From Coriobacteriia bacterium (GTDB lineage Bacteria > Actinomycetota > Coriobacteriia > WRKU01 > WQUG01), in assembly GCA_009779855.1 (NCBI GenBank), contig WRBC01000004.1:30769-94768 (forward strand): 64,000 bases of DNA, read 5' to 3'. The notes under the pieces were generated by a model. It saw only the letters and a list, made by a program, of their open reading frames with translations, ran no database searches and was not told the origin of the DNA. Positions 1-9,452 of the stretch are shown here, in pieces. Made by a program: the position numbers and the translations under genes. Positions within the stretch are counted from its first letter, which is position 1. Each line of letters starts with the position of its first letter.

Positions 1-339
1 ATCCCCAACGTTATCCTGTTAAAACATCAGAGCTATGCGGCCTTCGTGCAAAAGATGGCATCCGCACAGCTGATTCTTTCAGATTCTGGCGGAATCCAGG
101 AAGAAGGACCGACACTTGGTGTGCCTGTCGTTGTTTTAAGAGATAAAACCGAATACCACGAATTGCTTGATGCAGGGGTAGTTATTTTAGGGGGCACAGA
201 AAAGGCAGAGATTGTACGTGTGGTGACAGACATTCTTGCAGCAGGTGTCTCTTTTCAGGATAGGCTTAATGAGTTCGCGCAGGCTAGAAGTTCGCAAGAT
301 AGTACAGCAGCCGTCCTTGATATTCTGGCAAGAGGGTAA
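1..339 (+). CDS. wecB: UDP-N-acetylglucosamine 2-epimerase, C-terminal part (5' end lies outside the window)
   Basis: Frame 1 is open from nt 1. 'LILSDSGGIQEEGPTLGVPVVVLRD' matches the conserved DSGG(I/L)QEE segment of the non-hydrolysing epimerase_2 family. Confidence 0.75.
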   Translation: MPNVILLKHQSYAAFVQKMASAQLILSDSGGIQEEGPTLGVPVVVLRDKTEYHELLDAGVVILGGTEKAEIVRVVTDILAAGVSFQDRLNEFAQARSSQDSTAAVLDILARG

Positions 340-341
340 AA

Positions 342-1520
342 GTGCGCGTTATTTTTGTCACAGATGCACCCTTCGCTAGGGATATCCGACTTCAACGTTC
401 AGTTGAAGCCTTGAATGCACTTGAAGGTGAAGTAGAAGTTTTCATATTGGATCAAGGATTACTCGTCGAAGAGTCTCAGGAATTGCTTGCAGATAAGGGA
501 GTGCTTTGCTCGCCCCCTGTTCCTCAAGGGGGAGTGGGTCGGTATTGGTGGCATGTGAAAAATAGATTGATATCCGTACGAGCATATAAAGCTCGAGCAC
601 GGTGGATACAAGAGACGACTACCTCACTTAAACCAGATATTATTCACTGCATTAATCCCTTCGCACTAGAAGCCTGCGTTGCGGCAGCCAGAGAAACGAA
701 TGCGCAATTGATTTATGAGGCTTACGAGTACTGGCCAGATTATTTGGACTGCTTGGGCGGACGGATCCCCCAGGTTCTTGCCGGTAGACTAAAGGCTGCT
801 GAAAAGGCAGCGTCTAAAGAAGCAGTATGCTTTATTACTGTGTCTGAACCTTTGTCTGAGTGGTATCAGGCTGACTTTGACATTGAGCCACCCCTCGTCA
901 TTTACAACGTAAATACTGCTGATGGGAAAGAGGTCCTTTCGCCCAGTGGTGAACCTCTAGCCAGCGAACCATTGACCGGTGAGTTATCACTTGTTTATTC
1001 AGGAATTTTACTGAAAGAAAGAAATGTAGATATAGCAATACGGGCACTAGTTTTGACAGAAAAGGTGCACCTATTTATACAGGGGGATGGTCCAGAAAAG
1101 GTTCACCTTCAGCAGATTGTTCAAGAACTCAACCTTAGCGACAAGGTTTCTTTCATTGATATGGTTCCTGCCAATCAACTTGTTGACTCTCTAAAAGAAT
1201 TTGATCTTGGACTTACTTTACTGCCCGCTACATCGAAGCAGATGAACGGGGCAGTACCCAACAAGGTCTTTGACTATGTTCGTGCAGGACTAGGTGTACT
1301 TTCTGTCGGAACTGCAGGAGTGCGCTCACTAACAGGAATTCAAGAATCGATTAGGTATATCGACATGCCCTGTCCTAACCAATTGGCAGCCGCAATAAAA
1401 GAAGTCCAGAAAAAAAGGGACGATCTTGCCGCCATGAAGATATCTTCACGTGAAAATGGTCCCCTGTATTCACGCGAAGAGCAAATGCGAAAGTTGCAGG
1501 ATGTATATGCCGCGTTATAG
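342..1520 (+). CDS. glycosyltransferase, GT4/GT1-like
   Basis: 392-aa ORF with GTG start 2 nt after the wecB stop. The C-terminal half ('NGAVPNKVFDYVRAGLGVL') resembles the GT-B Glycos_transf_1 fold. It sits in a glycosyltransferase cluster. Confidence 0.6.
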   Translation: MRVIFVTDAPFARDIRLQRSVEALNALEGEVEVFILDQGLLVEESQELLADKGVLCSPPVPQGGVGRYWWHVKNRLISVRAYKARARWIQETTTSLKPDIIHCINPFALEACVAAARETNAQLIYEAYEYWPDYLDCLGGRIPQVLAGRLKAAEKAASKEAVCFITVSEPLSEWYQADFDIEPPLVIYNVNTADGKEVLSPSGEPLASEPLTGELSLVYSGILLKERNVDIAIRALVLTEKVHLFIQGDGPEKVHLQQIVQELNLSDKVSFIDMVPANQLVDSLKEFDLGLTLLPATSKQMNGAVPNKVFDYVRAGLGVLSVGTAGVRSLTGIQESIRYIDMPCPNQLAAAIKEVQKKRDDLAAMKISSRENGPLYSREEQMRKLQDVYAAL

Positions 1521-2355
1521 CTTTATTATTCCCGCATATAATGCAGATGCAACACTGGGACGCACCCTGGATTCATTGCTTGCACAGACCCAAGACAACT
1601 GGGAGTGCGTGGTAGTTGATGATGGGTCAACTGATTCAACGGGTCGTGTTCTTGAAGACTACTGTAAGAAGGACTCGCGAATTAGGGGGGTCCAGCAAGA
1701 AAATGCAGGTACTGCGGCAGCGCTTAATACTGCAGCTTATGCATCAACGGGGGAGTTTCTTGTTCAGTTGGGTGCTGACGATGAGCTTCTTCCGGGTTTC
1801 TGCAGGGACACAGATAGGCTTATTGTGCAAAAACCAGACTTTGATATTTATGCTGCGAATGCGTGGCAATTTTTCCCAAATGGAGACAAGGAATATTTCA
1901 ATAAGGGGGCTCGCTTTGAAGAACAGACAAGTATCACCTTTGAAGATCAGGTCTCGAAATCACTTATATACTGCACTGCAGCAGTCCGGCGAGAACTTTT
2001 TTTGAATCTTGAGGGTTTTCGTGCTCATATCTACAATGAAGATTATGACTTTTGGCTTCGTGCCTTAGCTGCAGGTGCAAGGCATATATATCAGCCTAAA
2101 ATGCTCTCGCTTTATCATTCAGCCCCTAATCAAAAGACTGCGGATGCTCTAAAGGTGAGAGAGTCCGATTGGGACATACTTGATGATTTGGCGACAGGTG
2201 AACTTCTGTCAGAGGATCAGGTTTTGCGGGTTCGTGCTAGGCAAAATGAGCTTCAAGATAATATTGCTTTACGCAAAAAACTCTACCGTATTATGGGTGT
2301 GCGAATGACAGAAGCGCTGATTTCTAGGATACGATCTCTAAGAGGAAAGAATTGA
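1507..2355 (+). CDS. glycosyltransferase family 2
   Basis: 'YSFIIPAYNADATLGRTLDSLLAQTQDNWECVVVDDGSTDST' is the classic GT2 N-terminus. The ORF track starts at 1450; the ATG at 1501 or 1507, overlapping the upstream stop, is more likely. Confidence 0.8.
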   Translation: MPRYSFIIPAYNADATLGRTLDSLLAQTQDNWECVVVDDGSTDSTGRVLEDYCKKDSRIRGVQQENAGTAAALNTAAYASTGEFLVQLGADDELLPGFCRDTDRLIVQKPDFDIYAANAWQFFPNGDKEYFNKGARFEEQTSITFEDQVSKSLIYCTAAVRRELFLNLEGFRAHIYNEDYDFWLRALAAGARHIYQPKMLSLYHSAPNQKTADALKVRESDWDILDDLATGELLSEDQVLRVRARQNELQDNIALRKKLYRIMGVRMTEALISRIRSLRGKN

Positions 2356-2357
2356 TT

Positions 2358-3476
2358 ATGATGAAGGTTCTTCTTGATTATCGCATGGTGACTTGGTCAG
2401 GTATTGGTCGTTACAGTCAGGAACTGGCACGCGCTTTACACGAGCGCGATGATATTGAGTTATGCCTGATTAAGACAAAAGATAACCAGCTTCCAATAGA
2501 ACTGACTGATGTGTCTTATTTTGATGCAGGTGCTCACCCTTTGTCCTCAAAAGGTTTCCGGGAGCTGCGAATGGCTACCCGAAGCTTCGTACCAGATTTG
2601 CTGCATTGTACTCACATCTCAACGCCCAATCTGAAAGGGCTTGTATCAAGTGAAGGGAAGAAGATTCCTGTCGTGACCACCTTGCATGATTTGACTCCAA
2701 TTATTGTTGATGGGGTTATGCCCTCATTTGCAAAGCGTGCCATTTATTCAGGGTTAAACCAGCGTGCGGTTAACTGGTCTAGTGCCCTCATAACGCCTTC
2801 TCAGCATACAATAGGTGACCTTGAAAAATATTTCCCAAAGATTGCTTGCCCTATCACGGCAATTCCTCTTGCGGCAGATGAATTACTTAAGGTGGAACCG
2901 GTCAAGCCGTCTGCGATGAATTATCTTTCCCCAGTCTTTCAGCGCAATTTCTTGCTGTCTTTTGGGAATACAAAGCCGCATAAAGATTTACCCACCTTAT
3001 TTGCGGCCTTTGAGCAGGTTGCTGCGGGCCACGATGATATATCCCTTCTTCTGGTGGGAAAAGAGCCCCCTAATTATTTGAGGCAGCACAATTCGAGTGA
3101 CCTGCTTGACCGCGTTCAATTTACAGGACCAATCAGTGACGAGGAATTGGTTTGGCTCTATCAACGTGCGCGTGCCTTTGTGTTTCCCTCTCTTTATGAG
3201 GGCTTTGGCCTGCCACCGCTAGAAGCAATGAGTTTTGGCTGTCCCGTGATTGTGGCAGACACAACTTCATTGCCAGAGGTAGTGGATGATGCAGGAGTAA
3301 AAGTTGCTCCAAAGGATGTGCAAGGATTTGCAGGCGCCATTACGCGCGTCTTGAAAGACGAAGAGCATACGCAAGATCTTGAAGATAGAGGGCTGGAGAG
3401 GTCAAAAGAATTCAGTTGGGAAAAAGTTGCACATGCAACGGTTTCTGTCTACAAGAGCGTTTATAATGGCATTTGA
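2358..3476 (+). CDS. glycosyltransferase family 4 (GT-B, Glycos_transf_1)
   Basis: 'AFVFPSLYEGFGLPPLEAMSFGCPVIVADTTSLPEVV' is the EX7E region of GT4 enzymes. The ORF-track start at 2352 is TTG; ATG 2358 follows an AGGAAAG Shine-Dalgarno (SD) sequence. Confidence 0.8.
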   Translation: MMKVLLDYRMVTWSGIGRYSQELARALHERDDIELCLIKTKDNQLPIELTDVSYFDAGAHPLSSKGFRELRMATRSFVPDLLHCTHISTPNLKGLVSSEGKKIPVVTTLHDLTPIIVDGVMPSFAKRAIYSGLNQRAVNWSSALITPSQHTIGDLEKYFPKIACPITAIPLAADELLKVEPVKPSAMNYLSPVFQRNFLLSFGNTKPHKDLPTLFAAFEQVAAGHDDISLLLVGKEPPNYLRQHNSSDLLDRVQFTGPISDEELVWLYQRARAFVFPSLYEGFGLPPLEAMSFGCPVIVADTTSLPEVVDDAGVKVAPKDVQGFAGAITRVLKDEEHTQDLEDRGLERSKEFSWEKVAHATVSVYKSVYNGI

Positions 3477-3533
3477 TGTGTTTACCGAAGTATTTGCTGC
3501 AAGGCTAATTAACCGCAAGGAGTCTATTTATAT

Positions 3534-4508
3534 ATGACCGCGATAAAACCGCGCAAAAAGAAAGAATTGCTTACTTTTCAAAATGCCATATTGGCACTGC
3601 AAAATTACTGGGCGGATTATGGCTGCGTTATTCTTCAGCCCTACGACACAGAGGTTGGTGCGGGGACCTTTCATCCAGCCACTGTATTGCGTAGTCTAGG
3701 ACCAGATAGCTGGAATACAGCTTACGTGCAACCTTCACGTCGCCCTACAGATGGACGATACGGTGAAAATCCAAATCGCCTGCAGCACTACTACCAGTTC
3801 CAAGTCATATTAAAGCCAAGTCCTGATAACGTGGTTGATCTCTACTTTAGCTCGCTTAAGGCTATCGGTATTGACCCAGCACAGCATGATATGCGCCTTG
3901 TTGAAGATGACTGGGAGTCTCCGACATTGGGTGCATGGGGCCTAGGTTGGGAGGTTTGGTTAAACGGGATGGAGGTTACTCAGTTTACTTACTTCCAGCA
4001 AGTTGGAGGATTTGAGTGTAAGCCAGTGCCTGCAGAGATAACCTATGGACTAGAGCGCCTAATGATGATTGTCCAAGATGTTGACAATGTATATGACCTA
4101 GTGTGGACCTTGTCTCCTGATGGTAGTCCTGTTAGTTATGGCGACGTGTTCAAGATTAACGAACGGCAGTACTCTGCCTACAATTATGAGGTCGCAAGCG
4201 TGCCAATGCTACTGGGCCTCTTTACGCAATTTGAAAAAGAGTGTACCCAGGCTCTAGAGGCAGAATTGCCTATTCCTGCCTATGACTATGTACTGAAGTG
4301 TAGCCATGTTTTTAATATGCTTGATGCGCGTGGTGCTATCAGCGCAACAGAGCGTCAGGCATACATTATGCGTGTTCGTAATCTTGCGAAGCTTTGTTGC
4401 GAAGGGTACCTGAATATCTTGCCTGATGACGGGGACGCGGGTCAGAAGAAAGAAAGAGGATGTGTGGATAAAGATAAGGAAGCTGCTGTGAAAGGGGGCG
4501 ATGCGTAA
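3534..4508 (+). CDS. glyQ: glycine--tRNA ligase alpha subunit
   Basis: '[34 protein letters not shown]' and '[23 protein letters not shown]' are hallmark GlyQ sequences. The stop overlaps the glyS start (TAATG). Confidence 0.95.
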   Translation: MTAIKPRKKKELLTFQNAILALQNYWADYGCVILQPYDTEVGAGTFHPATVLRSLGPDSWNTAYVQPSRRPTDGRYGENPNRLQHYYQFQVILKPSPDNVVDLYFSSLKAIGIDPAQHDMRLVEDDWESPTLGAWGLGWEVWLNGMEVTQFTYFQQVGGFECKPVPAEITYGLERLMMIVQDVDNVYDLVWTLSPDGSPVSYGDVFKINERQYSAYNYEVASVPMLLGLFTQFEKECTQALEAELPIPAYDYVLKCSHVFNMLDARGAISATERQAYIMRVRNLAKLCCEGYLNILPDDGDAGQKKERGCVDKDKEAAVKGGDA

Positions 4509-6637
4509 TGGAGATTAAGCCCTATACCGCAGACTTGCTTTTTGAAATAGGGGCAGAAGAAATGCCCTCTACTCCCCTTAATGCGGCACATAAGCAATTA
4601 GAGGTACTTGCAAAAACTGCTTTTAGTGATGCGCGACTTAGCTATGAAGGTCTAGAGGTTTTTTCGACTCCTCGTAGACTATCCTTGCTAGTGAAGGCTA
4701 TTGCAGAGCGTCAAGAGGATATCAGGCTTGAATTTAAAGGACCTTCGAAACAGATTGCCTATGCAGAGGATGGGACTCCCCAGAAAGCATTGGAAGGGTT
4801 TGCTCGTGGCAAGGGTGTTGATTTAGAAGATGTTGAATTGCGCATTATTGATGGCGCAGAATATGTATACGCTGTTAGGGACGAAAAAGGACTTCCTGCT
4901 AAGGAAATACTTCCTGATCTTTTACAGGGGCTTATTACGGGGCTTGACTGGCCAAAGCGTCAAAGATGGGGCAGTGGAGATGAGACCTTCATTCGTCCTG
5001 TGCGTTGGATCCTGGCAATTTTGGGTCAAGATCTCATCCCTTTAAATTTTGGAAAGCTGCAGTCAGGAAATTTCACATATGGACACCGCTTTCTCTCGAC
5101 TCAACAGATTCCTATAGCTGCAATGCGCGAGTACAAAAATGTCCTACGGGGCAATAAGGTTATTGTTGACCAGGGTAAGCGCAGACAGATGATTCTTGAA
5201 AGCATTGCAGAGTATACTGCCCAACTACCTGAACCTGGTAGTCTAGCCCTTGTGCCAGATAAGGTTCTTGATGAGGTTGTAAACCTTGTAGAATACCCTA
5301 ATGCACTACTTTGCTCTTTCGAGGAAGAGTTCTTGCGAGTCCCGCGTGAAATTCTTGAATACGCCATGAATTCGCACCAGCGTTACTTTGCGATACAGTC
5401 AGAGGACGGCAGTTTAAGCAATCATTTTATCGTTATTTCTAATGGGGATCCCTTGCATGGTCAGCAGATTGCTGCAGGTCATGAGAGTGTTATTCGTGCA
5501 CGTCTAGCTGACGCAGCATTTTTCTATGATGAAGATTTGAGGGTTGGTCTTGATGGATGGCGAAAAAAGCTTGGCACCTTGCTATTCCAGCAAAAATTGG
5601 GAACCCTAGCGGATAAAAGCTTGCGCGTCACAAGACTCGTTGCTTATCTTTGTGAGGACTTAGACCTTCCCGCACAAACTACACAATCCGCCCTGCGCGT
5701 AGCAGAGCTTGCAAAGGCAGATCTGACAAGTAATACCGTAATTGAGTTTACGGAGCTTCAGGGTGTGATTGGTGCTTACTATGCTAAGGCTCAGGGTGAA
5801 AGTGACGAAGTGGCTGAAGCAATACGGCAGCATTATCTACCTCGTTATTCAGGTGATGATTTGCCAGCCAGCACTGAAGGACAATTAGTTTCGCTTGCCG
5901 ATAAGGTTGACACGGTAGTTGGTATTATCGCGGCAGGCTTTGCTCCGAAGGGGACAAGTGATCCTTATGCGCTGCGCAGAAATGCCATTGGTGTTTTGCG
6001 CATAGTTATGGACAGGCTTCCTCTTAATGTTGAGAAACTAATTAGAGAGGCTATAAAATCCCTGCCAGAGGGATTGAAGACGAACGAAAGCGGGCCTGAG
6101 GGGTCTGAAGACTGCACGGAAGAGTTGGTTCAAAAGGTTCTGAGGTTCTTTACTTCACGCCTTGACAGCATGTTACGTGACAGGGATTACTCAACAGAGG
6201 TTATTTCTGCCGTGCTTGCTGCAGCTGCCCAGAGCCCTGCTGATAGCGCGGCACGCTGTGAGGCTTTGCACGCTTTCTTAGGGGAGAGCAGTGCATGGGA
6301 AAACCTGTCTACAGCATATACACGTGCTAAAAATCTGAGTGATCCAGAGGCAGGTGTGAGCGTTGATGTTGCACTCCTTGATCAGCATGAGCAGGCGTTC
6401 TATGACGCGCTTGTTTCAGCAGGACCACGTATCCAAGTGCAGCTTGCTGAACAGCGCTATAGTGATTATTTAAGTGAGCTTGCTGATGTGCGCGAACCTC
6501 TGGATGCCTTCTTTGACAACGTAATGGTTATGGATGAAGATGAAACCTTGCGCCGGAATAGGTTGGCATTGCTTAATGTGTTTATAGCTCAGGTAGAACC
6601 CTTTGCTGACCTGCGAAGACTGTCGAAGCAGAAATAA
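4508..6637 (+). CDS. glyS: glycine--tRNA ligase beta subunit
   Basis: 709 aa, translationally coupled to glyQ. It has the N-terminal 'LLFEIGAEEMP' and internal 'YFAIQSEDG', 'GTSDPYALRR' GlyS motifs. Confidence 0.95.
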   Translation: MEIKPYTADLLFEIGAEEMPSTPLNAAHKQLEVLAKTAFSDARLSYEGLEVFSTPRRLSLLVKAIAERQEDIRLEFKGPSKQIAYAEDGTPQKALEGFARGKGVDLEDVELRIIDGAEYVYAVRDEKGLPAKEILPDLLQGLITGLDWPKRQRWGSGDETFIRPVRWILAILGQDLIPLNFGKLQSGNFTYGHRFLSTQQIPIAAMREYKNVLRGNKVIVDQGKRRQMILESIAEYTAQLPEPGSLALVPDKVLDEVVNLVEYPNALLCSFEEEFLRVPREILEYAMNSHQRYFAIQSEDGSLSNHFIVISNGDPLHGQQIAAGHESVIRARLADAAFFYDEDLRVGLDGWRKKLGTLLFQQKLGTLADKSLRVTRLVAYLCEDLDLPAQTTQSALRVAELAKADLTSNTVIEFTELQGVIGAYYAKAQGESDEVAEAIRQHYLPRYSGDDLPASTEGQLVSLADKVDTVVGIIAAGFAPKGTSDPYALRRNAIGVLRIVMDRLPLNVEKLIREAIKSLPEGLKTNESGPEGSEDCTEELVQKVLRFFTSRLDSMLRDRDYSTEVISAVLAAAAQSPADSAARCEALHAFLGESSAWENLSTAYTRAKNLSDPEAGVSVDVALLDQHEQAFYDALVSAGPRIQVQLAEQRYSDYLSELADVREPLDAFFDNVMVMDEDETLRRNRLALLNVFIAQVEPFADLRRLSKQK

Positions 6638-6647
6638 GTACCCTCTG

Positions 6648-7499
6648 ATGAATGAAGAAAAGAGACAATTAACACTGCACATATTGAGCGATTCAGTTGG
6701 GGAGACCGCTGATACTGTTGCACATATTATTGCGATTCAGTTCCCCCAATTCCACTGGAATTATGTCTCGACAACCATGATTGACAGTGTTGAGACTCTT
6801 CATGAGGCAGTACTTCCGCACCGGGGGGATCCAAATTACATATTTGTCTATACATTTACGAGCCCCGTTTTGCGTGAAGAGATGATCAGCCTCTGCCATC
6901 CAGATGAAGGAGAGGCAAATTGCGTACACTCTGTTGATGTATTGGGTGGCGGCCTCGATTTAGTGACTGACCATACAGGAGAGCCACCCTCAGGGATGGT
7001 GGGGATGCTCCATCAGGTTGATGATACCTATTTTAGTCGCATTGCAGCCATGGAATTTACGGTTAATCATGATGACGGGCAATTACCTGAAAGCCTGACA
7101 GAGGCAGATATTGTTCTAATCGGGGTATCACGTACCTCAAAGACTCCTTTGTCAATGTATCTGGCGCATCGCGGATTTAAAACGGCAAACATTCCTTTGA
7201 CCTTAGAAACAGAGCCTCCTCAACAGCTGTTCGAGGTTGAGTCTCGTAAAATATTTGGCCTTATGACGGGCATGGACACGCTAACAAAGATACGTCAGGA
7301 GCGGATGTCAGATATTGGCACCTATGTTCCTAGTTATGCTGACCCTAATTACGTACAGAAAGAATTCGACTACGCTCGCAAGCTTATGCGTCAGTTAGGC
7401 GCACTAATTATTAACACGGAAAAGCGTGCAATAGAAAGTGTGGCTCAAGAAATATTAGCTCATCTAAAACCGACTATGCGAAACACCTTAAATCGCTAG
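6648..7499 (+). CDS. pyruvate, phosphate dikinase / PEP synthase regulatory protein (DUF299 kinase/pyrophosphorylase)
   Basis: 'LHILSDSVGETA' N-terminus and the 'LIGVSRTSKTPLSMYLA' P-loop are typical of the PpsR/PDRP family. The ORF track begins at 6603 inside glyS; ATG 6648 is the likely start. Confidence 0.8.
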   Translation: MNEEKRQLTLHILSDSVGETADTVAHIIAIQFPQFHWNYVSTTMIDSVETLHEAVLPHRGDPNYIFVYTFTSPVLREEMISLCHPDEGEANCVHSVDVLGGGLDLVTDHTGEPPSGMVGMLHQVDDTYFSRIAAMEFTVNHDDGQLPESLTEADIVLIGVSRTSKTPLSMYLAHRGFKTANIPLTLETEPPQQLFEVESRKIFGLMTGMDTLTKIRQERMSDIGTYVPSYADPNYVQKEFDYARKLMRQLGALIINTEKRAIESVAQEILAHLKPTMRNTLNR

Positions 7500-7543
7500 T
7501 AAGGTGACCCTAGTTGCCAGAAAGGTTACAGCAGTCTACATTC

Positions 7544-7571
7544 TTGACATATGAACGCACGTTCGATAATC
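7544..7571 (+). promoter_or_regulatory. candidate recA promoter (TTGACA -35, GATAAT/ATAATC -10)
   Basis: TTGACA lies at 7544-7549 and a gATAAT-like hexamer at 7565-7571, 15-16 nt apart. The site is ~140 nt upstream of the recA start. Confidence 0.5.
7553..7564. promoter_or_regulatory. LexA (SOS / Cheo-type) box GAAC-N4-GTTC
   Basis: GAACGCACGTTC is a perfect palindrome, extended to tGAACgcacGTTCGa. It sits between the -35 and -10 of the candidate recA promoter. Confidence 0.7.
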
Positions 7572-7710
7572 TAGTTCCGTTCAAATTCACAGGTATTGAC
7601 AAATATCTATCGCAGTAGCACAGTAGGAAGCGAACTCTCACAGTTGCGCAACCGGCAAGGCCTTTGGCTGATAAACGATGAAGTCAGCAGAGGTCAGAAA
7701 CGGAGACATA

Positions 7711-8727
7711 ATGGATACAAGTAAAGAGCAAATGTTAGATCTGACACGTGAACAGATTGAAAAGAAGTACGGAAAAGGATCCATCATGAAGTATGGTGAG
7801 GATTCGCAATTGGCTGTCGAGGTGATTCCTACAGGCTCACTTGCTATTGATGCTGCTTTAGGTGTGGGAGGGGTTCCGCGTGGTCGCGTTGTAGAAATAT
7901 TCGGACCAGAATCTAGTGGTAAAACTACCCTAGCCCTTTCAATTCTTGCAGAAGCCCAGGCTATGGGTGGTGTTGCAGCCTTTATTGATGCAGAACATGC
8001 GCTTGATCCGACTTATGCGGCACGTTTAGGTGTTGACTTGGATGAAATTCTTGTTTCTCAGCCAGACACAGGGGAGCAAGCACTTGAAATTTGTGACATG
8101 CTAGTGCGCAGTGGCGCTATTGACATTGTGGTTGTTGATTCGGTAGCGGCCTTGACTCCTCGTGCAGAAATTGAAGGAGAGATGGGGGATGCAACCGTAG
8201 GTGCTCAGGCTCGCCTTATGAGTCAAGCACTGCGTAAGCTAACGGGCTCTTTGTCAAAATCGAATACTACCTGTATCTTTATTAATCAAATTCGTGAAAA
8301 AATTGGAGTAATGTATGGTAGCCCTGAAACTACAACAGGTGGACGTGCGCTAAAATTCTTCTCGACAGTTCGAATTGATATACGTAGGGGAGAAGCCATT
8401 AAGCAGGGAACAGAGATTCTGGGCAATCGCACCAAGGCAAAGATTGTAAAAAATAAGGTTGCTCCACCTTTTAGAATCGCAGAGTTTGACATTATGTATG
8501 GTGAGGGCATTAGCAAAGAATCTTCCATCTTAGATTTAGGTGTTGCGCAGGGCATCCTGAAGCGCTCTGGTGCCTGGTACACCTATGGTGATGAAAGGCT
8601 TGGCCAGGGTAGAGAGGCAGCAAAAGAAACCTTGCGCACTAATCCTGAAATGAGTCTTGAAATCGAGACAGCAGTACGTGAAAAACTGGGGATGCTTAGA
8701 CCTGCAGATAGTGAAACAAAAGAATAA
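7711..8727 (+). CDS. recA: recombinase RecA
   Basis: '[12 protein letters not shown]', Walker A '[12 protein letters not shown]' and '[10 protein letters not shown]' are present. ATG 7711 follows a GGAGA SD; the ORF-track start is 7678. Confidence 0.97.
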   Translation: MDTSKEQMLDLTREQIEKKYGKGSIMKYGEDSQLAVEVIPTGSLAIDAALGVGGVPRGRVVEIFGPESSGKTTLALSILAEAQAMGGVAAFIDAEHALDPTYAARLGVDLDEILVSQPDTGEQALEICDMLVRSGAIDIVVVDSVAALTPRAEIEGEMGDATVGAQARLMSQALRKLTGSLSKSNTTCIFINQIREKIGVMYGSPETTTGGRALKFFSTVRIDIRRGEAIKQGTEILGNRTKAKIVKNKVAPPFRIAEFDIMYGEGISKESSILDLGVAQGILKRSGAWYTYGDERLGQGREAAKETLRTNPEMSLEIETAVREKLGMLRPADSETKE

Positions 8728-8772
8728 ATTGGTGTAACGATGCCTATCTTAGAATCCTAGACGTCTCTCGTT

Positions 8773-9237
8773 ATGATGACTGATGGTGCCTGCAAAGAGG
8801 CTGCCTATGAAGAAGCAAGGAAGTGTGCTCATCGCATAATTAAGGCGCGCGAGAAAACTTCCCATGACCTACTTAAGCGCCTTCAAGAGAAGGGCTATAG
8901 TTTAGGGGCATCAGAAGATGTGGTTAAGCGCTTTATTGAGGTAGGTCTTGTAGACGACCTGCGCTACACCGAGCTCTATATCAGAAGTGCTCAGTACTCT
9001 TGTAAAGGATGGAGTCGTATAGTTCGCGAATTGCGACAACGGGGCATAGACACAGAGTATCTAGATCCGCCACTTGAAGAGGATGAACTGGAGCGTGCCA
9101 GGGCCGTGATTGCACGCCTTAGTCTTGATACGCATAAGGACCGTGACAAGGCTCTTCGTCGTTTGCAGAATAAGGGATTTTCTTACGGTGTTGCGAAGCA
9201 GGCAATTTCTAGGCAAATTGATGGTGAAGTCTTTTAA
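8773..9237 (+). CDS. recX: recombination regulator RecX
   Basis: 154-aa helical-repeat protein immediately downstream of recA. The 'DDLRYTELYIRS' and 'LRQRGID' repeats are RecX-like. Confidence 0.75.
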   Translation: MMTDGACKEAAYEEARKCAHRIIKAREKTSHDLLKRLQEKGYSLGASEDVVKRFIEVGLVDDLRYTELYIRSAQYSCKGWSRIVRELRQRGIDTEYLDPPLEEDELERARAVIARLSLDTHKDRDKALRRLQNKGFSYGVAKQAISRQIDGEVF

Positions 9238-9268
9238 CTCTGGTATACTTTGTCACTGTGTTTAACGT

Positions 9269-9344
9269 GGGGCCTTAGCTCAGCTGGGAGAGCGCATGGC
9301 TGGCAGCCATGAGGTCAGGGGTTCGACCCCCCTAGGCTCCACCA
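9269..9344 (+). tRNA. tRNA-Ala (anticodon GGC)
   Basis: Folded by hand into a 76-nt cloverleaf. Acceptor stem is GGGGCCT/AGGCTCC with the G3:U70 alanine identity pair. D-arm is GCTC-AGCTGGGA-GAGC. Anticodon stem is CATGG/CCATG with loop CTGGCAG. T-arm is AGGGG-TTCGACC-CCCCT, and the CCA is encoded. Confidence 0.93.
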
Positions 9345-9345
9345 T
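9300..9345 (+). repeat. attL: core (ctggcagccatgaggtca) plus tRNA 3' half within the intact tRNA-Ala
   Basis: Direct repeat of 18903-18948. The only 5 differences form two compensatory T-stem pairs plus one T-loop base. Confidence 0.85.
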
Positions 9346-9400
9346 CATTTTCGCAGGTCAGAAGCTTGTCAGCTACCTCTCTACTTTTATTGAAGATTAT

Positions 9401-9424
9401 TTTGCCGCAAATCTGCCGCAAATG
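9401..9424 (+). repeat. arm repeat, left copy (tttGCCGCAAATctGCCGCAAATg)
   Basis: 24 nt identical to 18785-18808. It contains an internal tandem 9-mer GCCGCAAAT at 11-bp periodicity and lies between attL and the integrase 3' end. Confidence 0.7.
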
Positions 9425-9452
9425 CTTTTACTTTGCCTACATTTTCGCAATC

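Noticed and set aside
3477-3533. Possible T-box leaders upstream of glyQS (3477-3533) and leuS (20642-20760)
   Set aside because: The intergenic regions (about 57 nt and about 110 nt) are far too short for a T-box riboswitch. No T-box consensus or terminator/antiterminator pair is visible.
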